A stretch of DNA of 64,000 bases from Candidatus Latescibacterota bacterium (lineage in GTDB: Bacteria; Latescibacterota; UBA2968; GCA-2709665), in contig OZ252100.1 of assembly GCA_965248435.1 (NCBI GenBank), positions 4,384,001 to 4,448,000 of the forward strand, read 5' to 3'. A model generated the notes under the pieces. The model was not told the DNA's origin. It saw only the letters and a list, made by a program, of their open reading frames with translations, and made no database searches. Positions 1 to 12,999 of this stretch are shown here, in pieces (positions within the stretch are counted from its first letter, which is position 1; every line of letters begins with the position of its first letter). The translations under genes and the position numbers were made by a program.

Positions 1-42
1 TCAGCGGTGTTTATCGGGATGGCAGTTCATCAGGAGCACTAA
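1..42 (+). CDS. atpB: ATP synthase Fo subunit a, C-terminal fragment (cut by window edge)
   Basis: Frame 1 reads SAVFIGMAVHQEH-stop, a typical subunit a C-terminus, directly upstream of atpE. Confidence 0.85.
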   Translation, partial: SAVFIGMAVHQEH

Positions 43-96
43 GTAGAAACTCATCGTATCCGTTTTCATACTCGGGTCCAAAAAAGGAGGAGTATT

Positions 97-345
97 GTGG
101 CAGCTGAAGCGACAACCTTGGCAGCAGAAGCTTATGGGTACTTGGCGGCGGGTATAGGTGCCGGACTCGTAACGATTGGTGCCGGATTGGGGATCGGCCG
201 CCTGGCCGGGCAGGCGTTGGAAGGCACAGCCCGCCAGCCGGAAGCGACGGGCGATATTCGGGCGTCTATGATCATCGCTGCGGCGCTCATCGAAGGTATC
301 GCGCTGTTCGGGCAGGTGATCTGCATCGTTCTGGCGACCAAGTAG
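97..345 (+). CDS. atpE: ATP synthase Fo subunit c (H+-type)
   Basis: GxGxGxG helix, RQPE loop, IEG carboxylate; no Q/ES(T) Na+ motif; SD AAGGAGG before GTG. Confidence 0.97.
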   Translation: MAAEATTLAAEAYGYLAAGIGAGLVTIGAGLGIGRLAGQALEGTARQPEATGDIRASMIIAAALIEGIALFGQVICIVLATK

Positions 346-414
346 GCTTCTCATCTTTCGACCTGTCGGGCACTGTCGAGTCCGCCCTGAGTTCCAACGG
401 GAAGGTAGGGGTTT

Positions 415-912
415 ATGCTATTAGAGATCGAACCCGGCTTGATGATCTGGACTATCGTGACCTTCGTTGTCCTGCTCGTCGTTCTGAGGGCAGTGGCCTG
501 GAAGCCGCTGCTGGCGATGCTTGCCGAGCGCGAGCAACGGATTCAAGAGTCGTTGGACCAAGCCGAAAGGGCCAAAGCGGACGCTCAGGCAGCGGTGGAG
601 GAGAATCGGCAGGGGATGGCCAAAGCCCGGGTGGATGCCCAGGAGACCGTGGCAAGGGGACGGGAAGCGGCTGAGCGGTTGGCGCAGGACGTGCGGCAGC
701 GGGCGGAGGTCCAGGCGGAACAGATGATCGAGCAGGCCAGCAGGACGATTCAACAAGAGAAAGATCGGGCCATCTCTGAGCTTCGGAGACAGGTGGCCGA
801 CCTGGCGATTCAGGCTGCCGGGAAGGTGCTGGATGAGAACCTGGACGATGCCAGAAACCGGAAGCTGGTTGACGAATACATCGATCGAATTCCGGATTCG
901 AACTCGAACTGA
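415..912 (+). CDS. atpF: ATP synthase Fo subunit b
   Basis: PGLMIW TM anchor, AWKPLL motif, long charged helix; operon position. Confidence 0.96.
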   Translation: MLLEIEPGLMIWTIVTFVVLLVVLRAVAWKPLLAMLAEREQRIQESLDQAERAKADAQAAVEENRQGMAKARVDAQETVARGREAAERLAQDVRQRAEVQAEQMIEQASRTIQQEKDRAISELRRQVADLAIQAAGKVLDENLDDARNRKLVDEYIDRIPDSNSN

Positions 913-926
913 GCGCGGGGGGCATT

Positions 927-1466
927 TTGCAGGAAACCGGCGTTGCTGCCAGATACTCGCGGGCTCTGATGGGAGCCGCTGAAGAGCAGGGTGTGCTGGA
1001 GGCGGTCGAGGAGGACGTTCAGGGTCTCATCGGACTTCTGCGCGATTCTGAAGACCTGTGTGGGTTTCTTGCCGATCTTCTGATCCATCCACAGCGCAAA
1101 GAGGAGGCACTGCGCTCCTTACTCACCGGAAAGCTTCAAGGCCTGACGCTCAACTTCCTTTCCGTGCTATGCGAGAAGGGCCGCGGGCGCGTGCTCGAGA
1201 ACATCCTGCAACAGTTCGTGGAAGAGATGGATGAGCGCCGGGGGGTCGTAACTGCGCAGGTACGCTCGGCCGTGGCACTTTCGTCTGAACAGCAGGGGCG
1301 CCTGGCTGAACGGCTGACGGCATACATCGGTAAGGAAGTGAACGTTGAGATCACGGTAGACGAAGCCATCAAGGCAGGCTTCGTTGCCCGATTGGATGAC
1401 AAAGTATTCGATGGAACGCTTGAAACACAACTCAGTCAACTGCATCGACTGCTGAGTGTGAGGTGA
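927..1466 (+). CDS. atpH: ATP synthase F1 subunit delta
   Basis: VAARYSRAL start, V.SA..LS and C-terminal FDG.L motifs; TTG start. Confidence 0.95.
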   Translation: MQETGVAARYSRALMGAAEEQGVLEAVEEDVQGLIGLLRDSEDLCGFLADLLIHPQRKEEALRSLLTGKLQGLTLNFLSVLCEKGRGRVLENILQQFVEEMDERRGVVTAQVRSAVALSSEQQGRLAERLTAYIGKEVNVEITVDEAIKAGFVARLDDKVFDGTLETQLSQLHRLLSVR

Positions 1467-1487
1467 GCTGACCGTAACGGAGAAGAT

Positions 1488-3008
1488 ATGGCAATCAATT
1501 TACAGATTCGACCGGACGAAATTTCCGACATCCTGAAGCGGCAGATTCTCGAGGCCGATCGGGAGATGGACATCTACGAAATGGGGACGGTGCTGCAGGT
1601 GGGTGACGGGGTCGCCCGCGTACATGGGCTGGCGAACGTGCAGGCGAGCGAGCTTGTGGCATTTCCGAACGACATTATGGGGATGGCTTTGAACCTCGAA
1701 GCGGACAATGTCGGGTGCGTTCTGTTCGGAGACGACACTTTCATCAAGGAGGGTGACGTCGTCAAGCGGACCGGACGCATCGTGGAAGTACCGGTAGGGG
1801 AGGCGTTGTTGGGTAGGGTGGTGAATCCGCTCGGGCAGCCTCTTGACGGGAAGGGAGCGATCGACACGAATCAGACTCTGCCCGTGGAACGCATCGCCCC
1901 GGGCGTAATCGCACGTCAACCCGTGACCGAGGCCCTGCAGACCGGGCTCAAGGTCGTGGATTCTACGACGCCGATTGGACGGGGACAGCGCGAACTGATC
2001 ATTGGCGACCGACAGACGGGAAAAACCGCCATCGGGCTGGACACGATTATCAATCAGAAAGATTCCGGAATCAAGTGCATCTATGTGGCCATCGGTCAGA
2101 AGGCGTCTTCTGTCGCCAAGGTGGTTGCGGAACTTGAAGCCAACGGGGCGATGGATTACACGATCGTGGTTTCGGCAACTGCCAGCGATCCGGCGCCGCT
2201 CCAGTTCCTGGCCCCCTATGCGGGTTGCTCGATGGGCGAGTACTTTCGTGACAAGGGCGAACACGCGCTGATCATTTATGATGATCTGTCCAAGCAGGCG
2301 TGGGCCTACCGGGAGATGTCGCTCGTTCTGCGACGGCCCCCTGGACGTGAGGCCTACCCCGGAGATGTGTTCTATCTCCATTCCCGGCTCCTGGAGCGGG
2401 CCTGCAAGCTGAGCGATGAAGAGGGCAGCGGTTCACTGACGGCATTGCCCGTGATCGAAATCCTCGAGGGGGATGTCTCCACTTTCGTTCCGACCAATGT
2501 AATTTCGATTACAGACGGACAGATCTTGCTGAAACCCGAACTGTTCTACTCGGGCATCCGGCCGGCGATGGACGTCGGGGCCTCAGTTTCGAGGGTGAGT
2601 GCCGCCAAGACGAAGGCGATGCGGGCTGTGTCCAATACCCTGAAGGGGGATATGTCACGCTACAACGAGGTGCGGGCATTTGCACAGTTCGGGGCCTCCG
2701 ACCTGGATGCGGCCACGCGGAACCTGCTGAGCCGCGGTGAAAAGCTCACAGAGATTCTGAAGCAGGGCCAGTTCGGCCCCATGTCCTTGGGCGAGCAGGT
2801 GGTGTCCCTGTCCGTGGGCGTATCGGCTGACGAATTGCCGACGGCGGATATTCAGCGCTTCGAACAGGATGTGTTGGGTTATATGCGCGATCACCATCAG
2901 GATGTGCTGGATGACATCACAAAGTCCGAGGAGTTGAGCGACGAGGCGAAGGCCAGAATCGACGAGGTGATCGAGAAGGTGAAGGGCGATTTCAATCCCT
3001 CAGGCTGA
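1488..3008 (+). CDS. atpA: ATP synthase F1 subunit alpha
   Basis: GDRQTGKT Walker [32 protein letters not shown]. Confidence 0.99.
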   Translation: MAINLQIRPDEISDILKRQILEADREMDIYEMGTVLQVGDGVARVHGLANVQASELVAFPNDIMGMALNLEADNVGCVLFGDDTFIKEGDVVKRTGRIVEVPVGEALLGRVVNPLGQPLDGKGAIDTNQTLPVERIAPGVIARQPVTEALQTGLKVVDSTTPIGRGQRELIIGDRQTGKTAIGLDTIINQKDSGIKCIYVAIGQKASSVAKVVAELEANGAMDYTIVVSATASDPAPLQFLAPYAGCSMGEYFRDKGEHALIIYDDLSKQAWAYREMSLVLRRPPGREAYPGDVFYLHSRLLERACKLSDEEGSGSLTALPVIEILEGDVSTFVPTNVISITDGQILLKPELFYSGIRPAMDVGASVSRVSAAKTKAMRAVSNTLKGDMSRYNEVRAFAQFGASDLDAATRNLLSRGEKLTEILKQGQFGPMSLGEQVVSLSVGVSADELPTADIQRFEQDVLGYMRDHHQDVLDDITKSEELSDEAKARIDEVIEKVKGDFNPSG

Positions 3009-3064
3009 GGAATGGCGGCAGGCAGGGCGGTATCGGTGAACGGCAGTGACAATCGGGAGTCGAA

Positions 3065-5327
<2,263 letters not shown>

Positions 5328-5353
5328 GGATCTGGATAAGGATAGATAAAGAA

Positions 5354-5773
5354 ATGCCGACGTTTCATTTCGAAATCGTGACACCGGTGAAGATGGTTTA
5401 TTCCGGGCCGGTGGAGAGCATTCGGGCACTTGGGGCGGATGGGGGCTTCGGGGTGCTGGCACGGCACCTCCCAATGGTGGCTTCCCTGGACGTCGGGCCT
5501 CTCGTTATCCGGGAAGAGAGCGGAAAGAGTCTGACGATGGCGACGTCGGGCGGTTTTGCGGAGGTTCTGAGGGACCGCGTGACGATTTTGGCAGAGACAG
5601 CGGAGCGGGAGGAAGAGATCGATGTATCGCGTGCTGAGGCGGCTAGAGAGCGGGCACGCGAACGTCTGGTAAAACGCCACGACCCCGAGATCGACAGCCA
5701 ACGAGCAGAGGTTGCCCTGATTCGGGCCCTGAACCGCTTGCGCATTGCCGGTTCGACGAGTGGCGGGGGCTAG
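5354..5773 (+). CDS. atpC: ATP synthase F1 subunit epsilon
   Basis: FEIVTP, GVLARHLP, GGFAEV, C-terminal helical hairpin. Confidence 0.97.
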   Translation: MPTFHFEIVTPVKMVYSGPVESIRALGADGGFGVLARHLPMVASLDVGPLVIREESGKSLTMATSGGFAEVLRDRVTILAETAEREEEIDVSRAEAARERARERLVKRHDPEIDSQRAEVALIRALNRLRIAGSTSGGG

Positions 5774-5802
5774 GGAAAGCAGCAGAAAGCAAGGAAAAGC
5801 AG

Positions 5803-5838
5803 AAAACAGGCGAGATCAATTTCTCGCCTGTTTTTTTT
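5803..5838 (+). terminator. Intrinsic terminator of atp operon
   Basis: AAAACAGGCGAGA / TCTCGCCTGTTTT stem followed by a T run. Confidence 0.85.
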
Positions 5839-5865
5839 GCCGCGCTATAAAGAGAAGCTATCATT

Positions 5866-5951
5866 GACCGCAGACAACAGACCGCGGACCGCCAAACCGG
5901 GATGATCACGTTATTCGTCTCGCGGTCTGCGGTCCGCCGTCGGCCGTCTGC
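5866..5951. repeat. Heptamer-period imperfect inverted repeat
   Basis: Left arm gaccgca-gacaaca-gaccgcg-gaccgcc; right arm cgcggtc-tgcggtc-cgccgtc-ggccgtc. Confidence 0.75.
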
Positions 5952-5954
5952 TTT

Positions 5955-7709
5955 TCAGTACGTCCTGAACTGATTCGTTATGGGCAGTCTCCGGTCACGA
6001 CCGAATGCGCGGGGGGTAATCTTTATGCCTGGCGGAGATTGGCGCCTTTTATACTCGTTTGAGTCCACGGTGCGGATCACGCGTCGCACCAGCTTCTCCT
6101 CGAAACCCATGGAAATGATCTCATCGAGGCTGCAATCCTGCTCGACATAGGCTTTGAGTATGGGATCGAGGATGGGATAGGGAGGTAGGCTGTCGGTGTC
6201 CAGTTGATCCTCACGAAGTTCAGCTGTCGGGGGACGCTGAATGATGGATGTGGGGATCACCGGGCCATCCGGACGGCCATTTCGGTAATGGGCGAGATCA
6301 TAGACAAGCGTTTTGTAGATGTCTTTAATCACGGCGAACCCACCGGCCATGTCTCCATACAGGGTGGCGTAGCCCATGCTCAGTTCACTCTTATTTCCGG
6401 TCGTGAGAACCAGCCATCCAAACTTGTTGGAGAGCGCCATCAGCAGGTTTCCTCGAATGCGAGGCTGAATGTTCTCTTCTGTGATATCCGTCGGCTGATC
6501 TTTGAACTCACCACACAGCGTGTTTGAATATGCCTCGAAGATATCCTGAATCGGAAGCGTAATGAGTTGCATCCTGAGACTCTGGGCCATCTGAACGGCG
6601 TCGTTTCGCGTCCCCTCCGAAGAGTAGCGCGAAGGCATGGTCGTACAGATTACGTTGTCAGAGCCCAACGCGTCCCGCGCTACAATCGTGACGAAGGCGG
6701 AATCGAGGCCTCCAGACAAACCTACGAGGACCTTCTCAAACCCGTTTTTGCTCACGTAGTCCGCGGTGCCCAGGACGAGGGCGTCGTAGATATCCTCGAG
6801 CCGGTCCTCTTTGCGGAGTGTTGGGGCGGGAGAGGATTCTATTTCCTGCTTGGGGAGTGTGGGTGGAGCAGGATGGAGTTTGAGGGACGGCAGATCGACG
6901 CGCTGAACCTCTTGTCCCGTTGTCTGTTTGTCTTTCCTTCGCCGAGGGTCGTGTAGCCGGTAGCGGAAGACAGATTCCACGTTGATATCCGCCAGGAGGA
7001 GATCCTCCTGAAACCGAGGTGCCCGTGCCAGGACACTTCCCTGCTGGTCGACTACGAAGCTTGCGCCATCGAACAGGAGTTCATCCTGCCCTCCGACAAG
7101 ATTACAGAATGCGAAAACCGCACTGTAATCCGTGGCTCTCGTGGCAATCATCTGCTCACGAAGGAGTCCTTTCCCATCGTGGTAGGGCGAGGATGAGATG
7201 TTTACGATCAGCTCCGCGTCTCCAAACAGGGTTTGAAAGTGTGCGGGACCGCCAGGATACCAGATGTCTTCGCAGATGTTTACACCGAAGGCGACGCCGT
7301 TCGTATTGTAGACTTTCGGCACCCGACCGGCCTGGAAGTAGCGGTTCTCGTCGAAGACACCGTAGTTGGGGAGATAGGTTTTGTGGTAGATATCGACAAG
7401 CTTTCCGTTGCAGGCGATCGCGGCCGCATTGTAGATGTCGTCTTGTCGGTCGATGAATCCGATGACTACAGCGATGTCCTGAGTCTCTCTGACGATTAGA
7501 TCAAGAGACCGCAGGTTAGACTCGATGAACTTAGATTTGAAGAGGAGGTCTTCCGGAGGATATCCCGTGATGGCCAACTCGGGAAAGGCGACGAGTGTCG
7601 CACCGAGGTCTCTGGACTTGCGGATTCTGTCCAGGATCTTTTCCCGATTTCCGTCCAGGTCACCAACGGTGAGGTTGACTTGGGCAAGGGCGATTCGAAG
7701 GGTGCGCAT
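5955..7709 (-). CDS. nadE: Glutamine-dependent NAD+ synthetase
   Basis: Nitrilase triad (FPEL, HK, ICEDIW) plus SGGLDS synthetase domain, EYKRRQ tail. Confidence 0.97.
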   Translation of the reverse strand: MRTLRIALAQVNLTVGDLDGNREKILDRIRKSRDLGATLVAFPELAITGYPPEDLLFKSKFIESNLRSLDLIVRETQDIAVVIGFIDRQDDIYNAAAIACNGKLVDIYHKTYLPNYGVFDENRYFQAGRVPKVYNTNGVAFGVNICEDIWYPGGPAHFQTLFGDAELIVNISSSPYHDGKGLLREQMIATRATDYSAVFAFCNLVGGQDELLFDGASFVVDQQGSVLARAPRFQEDLLLADINVESVFRYRLHDPRRRKDKQTTGQEVQRVDLPSLKLHPAPPTLPKQEIESSPAPTLRKEDRLEDIYDALVLGTADYVSKNGFEKVLVGLSGGLDSAFVTIVARDALGSDNVICTTMPSRYSSEGTRNDAVQMAQSLRMQLITLPIQDIFEAYSNTLCGEFKDQPTDITEENIQPRIRGNLLMALSNKFGWLVLTTGNKSELSMGYATLYGDMAGGFAVIKDIYKTLVYDLAHYRNGRPDGPVIPTSIIQRPPTAELREDQLDTDSLPPYPILDPILKAYVEQDCSLDEIISMGFEEKLVRRVIRTVDSNEYKRRQSPPGIKITPRAFGRDRRLPITNQFRTY

Positions 7710-7750
7710 AGTCTGAGCTGGGTAGGATGTTCAGGATGACGTCGCCGTGT

Positions 7751-9568
7751 TCAGAAATTGTACCAGTGATGCCGGTTGTCAACGATCTCAGCCTGTTCCC
7801 TGAGATCTGTGAACCACGCGGAAAAAATTTCGTTCCTTTGCTGGGTCATCAGACGTCTGGCAAGTTCTAATCTTTCTGCCTCGAATTCAGAATCATCCAC
7901 AGGAGTCCGCTCCAGCAATTGCATGATGTAAGCGCCCCTTGACGTGGTGATGAGGCTGCTGACCTCCCCCTTCTGAAGATTGAAGGCGGCTCCTACGAAG
8001 GCGTTCCGTCTGCCTATATCGGGCACGAAGTCGTTTCTGGAGAAGGTCTGCGTCTCAACGTAGATCAACCCGTGCTCGTCGGCGACTTCCTTCAAAGACT
8101 TTCCCTGTTTGACATCCTGCAGGGAGGCTGACAGCTTCTGCCCGGCAAGTTCGACCTTCTTTTCCGTCTGGAGTTTTCCGTAGATCGGGCTCGAGACTTC
8201 CTCCTGCGGGCGCGGACCCGCGTCCCTTTTTGTCTCGAGCGCGAAGACGTAGATTCCTTCCTCAGTTTCGTAGACCGGAGAAATCTCTCCGGATGCCGCC
8301 TCCAGGAATGCATTAACGAGTGCGGAGCCGCGGCCTTCGAGAAGGGGAAAGGGCATTCCCGAGGAGATAAATCCTGTGGATGCGGCCGTGAAGCCGTACT
8401 CCCGGGAAGCGGCCTCGAATCCGGAAACCTGAGCGCGGTCTCTAAACTCTTCTGCTGCAAGGCGCAAGCTATCCAGGGTGTTCCGACCGGGTCGGAGGCG
8501 CAGGAGGATGTGACGTGCTCGCACCTCCGCGCTGTCTGGAACACCACGTTTTTCCTCGACCTTCAGAATATGCCAGCCGAATCGGGTGAGGAACGGATCC
8601 GAAACTGATCCAGGCTGGAGTGAAAATGCCGTGTCTTCGAAGGCCCCGACCATCTGGCCCCGCCTGAAGAACCCGAGGTCCCCTCCATTTTGAGCGCTCC
8701 CGGGATCATCTGAATGGTTTCGAGCGTGCTGTTCGAATTCACTCCCTTCACGGATCTCGTTCAAAATGCGCTCGAGTTCCAATCTGATCTCCAGCGTGTC
8801 TTCCTTCGTCGGCATTTTGGGGACCGTGACGTAGGATGCCAATACGGCGGCGTCCTGAAAGAATTCGTCCGCATTCGCTGCATAATATTTCTGAATCTCA
8901 TCGTCGGAGGGCGAGGCCTGAGCATCTGGGATGTTGCGGGCATCCACACCCACGTAGGCGATCCTGACCTTTTCGTGTTTGTCCCGAAAGGCCTGCCGGA
9001 CCTGGGCACCTGTAATTCGGACCGAGGATGCGACGCGCTCCTGAAGTCTGCGCGTCCGGAGGGATTGGCGTGCAGCGCTTTCGGCGCCCAACACAAATTG
9101 CTTTCTCTGTGGATCGCTGTATGTACCCGGATCGTTAAGGAACTCGGTATATTTTTCGGGATCGAATTCGCCGTCCGTCTGGAAGACTTCCAGATTCCTG
9201 ACCCACTCCACCGGTTGTACGCGATTGAAATAGTCGACTTCCCGGTCTGAAACTGAAATGTTGAGCTCATCCATCTGCTGGTTCAGGAGGATCTGCGTGA
9301 CGAGCTGGTTCCAGGTTTGACGAATCAGCTGCCCTTCGTCTACGCCGCCGGCGTCTTTTGTCCTGAGGGAGGCCTCCCGCAGCATGTCCTGGAATTTCTT
9401 ATAGGTGATCTCCTCCCCGTTGATGATCCCGAGGGTGTTGCCGATTGGACCCGCAGAGCGTCCTGAGAAATCTGCGCCCCATTCAAATACAATCAGGCCT
9501 ATGAATGAGAAAGCGACGATCCACATCATGGTCTTGATAAAGCGAACGTTGCGAAATGTGTCAAGCAT
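7751..9568 (-). CDS. PpiD/SurA-family peptidyl-prolyl isomerase with N-terminal anchor
   Basis: TM anchor, SurA-N helical domain, parvulin motifs SDDPGS..GGDLG and FGWHIL; start moved to MLDTF. Confidence 0.88.
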   Translation of the reverse strand: MLDTFRNVRFIKTMMWIVAFSFIGLIVFEWGADFSGRSAGPIGNTLGIINGEEITYKKFQDMLREASLRTKDAGGVDEGQLIRQTWNQLVTQILLNQQMDELNISVSDREVDYFNRVQPVEWVRNLEVFQTDGEFDPEKYTEFLNDPGTYSDPQRKQFVLGAESAARQSLRTRRLQERVASSVRITGAQVRQAFRDKHEKVRIAYVGVDARNIPDAQASPSDDEIQKYYAANADEFFQDAAVLASYVTVPKMPTKEDTLEIRLELERILNEIREGSEFEQHARNHSDDPGSAQNGGDLGFFRRGQMVGAFEDTAFSLQPGSVSDPFLTRFGWHILKVEEKRGVPDSAEVRARHILLRLRPGRNTLDSLRLAAEEFRDRAQVSGFEAASREYGFTAASTGFISSGMPFPLLEGRGSALVNAFLEAASGEISPVYETEEGIYVFALETKRDAGPRPQEEVSSPIYGKLQTEKKVELAGQKLSASLQDVKQGKSLKEVADEHGLIYVETQTFSRNDFVPDIGRRNAFVGAAFNLQKGEVSSLITTSRGAYIMQLLERTPVDDSEFEAERLELARRLMTQQRNEIFSAWFTDLREQAEIVDNRHHWYNF

Positions 9569-9760
9569 CCAGTCTGTCCAGAAAAAGGTTAATAAAGGGA
9601 ACAACTTACGGGATTCTGAATAGGATAAACTACACGAACCGGGTATCAGTGGCAAGACTTTTTTGGGTAAAATCGGGCGGCTTGACCGACTTTGGGAAAT
9701 TACCTATACTCAGAAAAATCAATATATTTCGATTTTTTTTCTCTGCTTTAAAGGGAAGCC

Positions 9761-12085
9761 TTGCGGATGTATCCTGGACGTCTGATTGAGCGCCAAAAGA
9801 GGTCCGCTCGGGTCGCCTTCATCTTCCTGTTTGGTGTTTTTCCCGAGGGGATGGAGGCCGCGGACTACCACTGGCCCACGACAGCAAAGCCTGCACTGAC
9901 TTCGTCATTCGGGGAGTATCGGAAGGGGGGGCGGCTACACGCAGGTATCGATCTCAAGACCTGGGGGCGTGTGGGCTATCCGGTGCTGGCCGTAGACGAC
10001 GGCTATGTCTGGAGGGTGCGCACCTCTCCTTGGGGGTATGGAAAGGCGGTCTATCTCAGACTTGGCGATGGGAGAACCGCCGTGTATGCCCACCTATCCG
10101 CGTTTGACCCGGGAATTCAATCCCTGGTGGAGGCGGATCAGGACCGAAGAGGGGCCTACAGCGTGAACCTCTTTCTGAAACCTGAGCAGATTCTCGCTCA
10201 TCGCGGTGACACACTGGGATATTCTGGAAGGACAGGCACGCTGTTCCCACACCTGCATTTTGAGCTCAGAGACGAGACGCAGCGTCCGCTGAACGCCCTC
10301 CTGCACGGATTCGATGTCAAAGATACCGTGCCTCCGGTGATCCTGTCGCTTGCGTTTGTCCCTCTGGATGCAGACGCGCGGGTATCGGACCAGTATGGAC
10401 CACACATATCGGGTGTGAGATGGGACGAGGCGCAAGGACGTTTTGTCTCTGCCGGTCCCATCCCGATCGAGGGCCGAGTGGGTGTCGCCGTGGATGTCTT
10501 TGACCGAGCCGATGATTCCGCGCTGACGAATCGTTTGGCGCCTTTTCGATTGCGACTTCTCGTGGACGGTCGGGAGGTATTCCGGACGACCTATGCGTCG
10601 TTTGGATTCGATCAGGTTTCGCAGGTAGACCTGGATAGAAATTTCGCCTTACAGCGGCGTGGCATCGGTCGGTTTCACAATCTTTTTCGGCCACACGGCA
10701 ACGAACTTCCGTTCTACGGAGACTTCAGTGTAGGCGAAGGCATTCTGCATGCGCGTGTACCGCCCTTGGGATCGGGGGTAGCCCTGGCGAAGGGCGTCCA
10801 CCGGCTTCAAATTGTAGCGGAGGACGTTGCAGGGAACCGGTCAGAGGCGGACGTGATGGTTGTGTCGGACCGGCGTCCGCTGGTTTTGGGTACGATTGCC
10901 GAACGTGTCGACGACTCCGTGCGCGTTTCTGGGACCGTATCGGACGAGGATGGCGACTCACTGGGCGCGATCTTTGAACTGTCAGACGATGAAGGCCTAA
11001 CGTGGCGCGTGCACGGCGAACAGCGAGTGTTTTCCGGAGAGGTGAGTGCCACGCTGCCCGACGGAATTGGGCTGCTTTATCGGCTGAGGGTTCGGGATCC
11101 TGAGGGCGTCGAGTCATTTCGGGTCTGCTCGGCGTTCGTTCCTCGGGTCGGTGCTGCTGATACTGGATTGCTGAAGTGTGTTCCCATCTTCTATTCGGAC
11201 CTGGCTGTGATTCAGATCGAATCAGAAAGATCCCTGGGGGCCGCGCCTCGCGTCTTTTCAGGGTCTCCCGGCCGGGGGAGGCGCGCGCTTGAAGTTCGAC
11301 AAACAGGGCTGCGAACCTACGAGACAATAGCGACGTTCGACCCTCGCGCCGACGGCCCGATGAATTTGGTCGTTTCTGCCGTTGACGTAAACGGCCTTGC
11401 GGGCCAGCAGGAGTTGACGCTGGCACAGCACCGCGTCGGGCCCGAGGGAGGCTCGGTTCGTTCTGAAGACGGAAATGCGGTGGCCAGGTTCGGAAAGAAG
11501 GGAGTTTATGAGACGCTCTTCGGCCGGGCTTACTCCGAAGAGGCGGCCGGCCCGGAGGATTTGCCGGTTGTCGGTTCGGCCTACCGATTCTCTCCGGCAG
11601 ACGTGCCATTTAGACTGCGCGCCAGGTTGGAACTCAGCTACCCGGCGGGGAGCCATCGGCCGGAAAAGTTGGGTGTCTATGAACAGGATGGCGATAGCAC
11701 GTGGACGTTCGTGGACAACCAGTTGGATCTCCGCAGAAATACGGTTTCTGCGGAAGTGCGACATTTTTCCACGTATGCACTCCTGTCGGATGAGGTTCCC
11801 CCCGACGTCTCCGAGTTGCGTCCCCTCCCGGGGTCTGAAACGACGGACCGTCGCCCCATCATAGGGGCATCTGTACGCGATCGGGGATCGGGCATCGGTC
11901 GGGAGGAGGATATCTCGGTCCGTCTGAACGATCGGATGATGATTTTCGAGTATGACCCCGAACAGGATGTGATTCGTGCGAAGCCGAGACGGCCACTCGA
12001 GCCCGGTGTCCACCGTTTGGAGATTTCGGTTCGAGATATGTGCGGCAACCAGCAGACGCAGAGCGGGGTATTTACAGTGCGGTAG
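9761..12085 (+). CDS. M23-family metallopeptidase with C-terminal beta-sandwich domains
   Basis: HAGID, YAHL, PHLHFE motifs; start uncertain. Confidence 0.85.
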   Translation: MRMYPGRLIERQKRSARVAFIFLFGVFPEGMEAADYHWPTTAKPALTSSFGEYRKGGRLHAGIDLKTWGRVGYPVLAVDDGYVWRVRTSPWGYGKAVYLRLGDGRTAVYAHLSAFDPGIQSLVEADQDRRGAYSVNLFLKPEQILAHRGDTLGYSGRTGTLFPHLHFELRDETQRPLNALLHGFDVKDTVPPVILSLAFVPLDADARVSDQYGPHISGVRWDEAQGRFVSAGPIPIEGRVGVAVDVFDRADDSALTNRLAPFRLRLLVDGREVFRTTYASFGFDQVSQVDLDRNFALQRRGIGRFHNLFRPHGNELPFYGDFSVGEGILHARVPPLGSGVALAKGVHRLQIVAEDVAGNRSEADVMVVSDRRPLVLGTIAERVDDSVRVSGTVSDEDGDSLGAIFELSDDEGLTWRVHGEQRVFSGEVSATLPDGIGLLYRLRVRDPEGVESFRVCSAFVPRVGAADTGLLKCVPIFYSDLAVIQIESERSLGAAPRVFSGSPGRGRRALEVRQTGLRTYETIATFDPRADGPMNLVVSAVDVNGLAGQQELTLAQHRVGPEGGSVRSEDGNAVARFGKKGVYETLFGRAYSEEAAGPEDLPVVGSAYRFSPADVPFRLRARLELSYPAGSHRPEKLGVYEQDGDSTWTFVDNQLDLRRNTVSAEVRHFSTYALLSDEVPPDVSELRPLPGSETTDRRPIIGASVRDRGSGIGREEDISVRLNDRMMIFEYDPEQDVIRAKPRRPLEPGVHRLEISVRDMCGNQQTQSGVFTVR

Positions 12086-12093
12086 GAGCTGGG

Positions 12094-12774
12094 ATGATTC
12101 CTATTAAGGACGAGAACCCAACGCGGCACGCGCCGATCCTTACCGTTTCGATTTTGTGCGCAAACGTTGCCGTTTTCCTCTACGCGGCCTCACTCGGCCA
12201 TACCGGTTTTGATGCCTTTACGATGCAGTTCGGGCTCATTCCTTTTGAAGTCACACATTTTACCGATGCCATTTCTCCTACGCCGGTCCCACTCTATCTA
12301 ACGCTTGTGACTTCGATGTTCATGCACGGGGGTTGGATGCACCTGGGTGGCAATATGTTGTATCTCTGGATCTTCGGGAACAACGTGGAGGATGTCTTCG
12401 GTCATTTTCGCTTCCTGATCTTCTATCTCTTTTGTGGTACGATTGCCACGCTGGGCCACGTCGCGACAAGCCCTGACTCCGCGATTCCCCTCGTCGGTGC
12501 GAGCGGCGCCATCGCAGGCGTGCTCGGGGCCTACCTGGTCGCGTTTCCAGGGGCTCGGGTGCTCGTCCTGATCCCGATCTTCTTGTTTCAATTGGTGCGC
12601 ATTCCTGCTGCGGTAGTCCTGGGATTGTGGTTTATCATTCAGCTTTTCAATGCATCGACTGAGTCAGGCGGGGCAGGCGGCGGCGTTGCCTGGTATGCGC
12701 ACGTGGTTGGATTCGTCGTGGGATACTTGCTGATGTATCGGAGAAAGAGACAGCGAAGGAATCGGTTCGTTTAA
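12094..12774 (+). CDS. Rhomboid intramembrane serine protease
   Basis: MIPIKDENP start, H.G.MHL.GNM, GASG, AH..G. Confidence 0.93.
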   Translation: MIPIKDENPTRHAPILTVSILCANVAVFLYAASLGHTGFDAFTMQFGLIPFEVTHFTDAISPTPVPLYLTLVTSMFMHGGWMHLGGNMLYLWIFGNNVEDVFGHFRFLIFYLFCGTIATLGHVATSPDSAIPLVGASGAIAGVLGAYLVAFPGARVLVLIPIFLFQLVRIPAAVVLGLWFIIQLFNASTESGGAGGGVAWYAHVVGFVVGYLLMYRRKRQRRNRFV

Positions 12775-12778
12775 AACC

Positions 12779-12923
12779 CGTGGATCGTCGTTCGTGGATC
12801 GCGGAGAAAGCTGGATCACGAAAAGAGGCACGAAAGTCAACGAAAATACACGAAGCCCCGCACCGGCCTGAGGCTAGAGTCGTGTAATATCTAATATCAG
12901 GATACGTGTATCAGGATACGTGT
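12779..12923. repeat. Intergenic short-period repeats
   Basis: cgtggat heptamers, recurring acgaa units, and tandem 14-mer TATCAGGATACGTG x2 (12895-12922). Confidence 0.6.
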
Positions 12924-12935
12924 TTTTGGACATAC

Positions 12936-12978
12936 GAAACGGTCACCCCGGATGGTCATGAGGTGACCGTTTCTTTTT
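12936..12978 (+). terminator. Intrinsic terminator between convergent genes
   Basis: GAAACGGTCACC / GGTGACCGTTTC stem plus TTTTT. Confidence 0.75.
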
Positions 12979-12999
12979 CAAGCGTGTATGTGGAGCCCG

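Noticed and set aside
97-345. Na+-translocating or N-type ATPase
   Set aside because: Subunit c lacks the Q/ES(T) Na+ ligands and the gene order is canonical atpBEFHAGDC.
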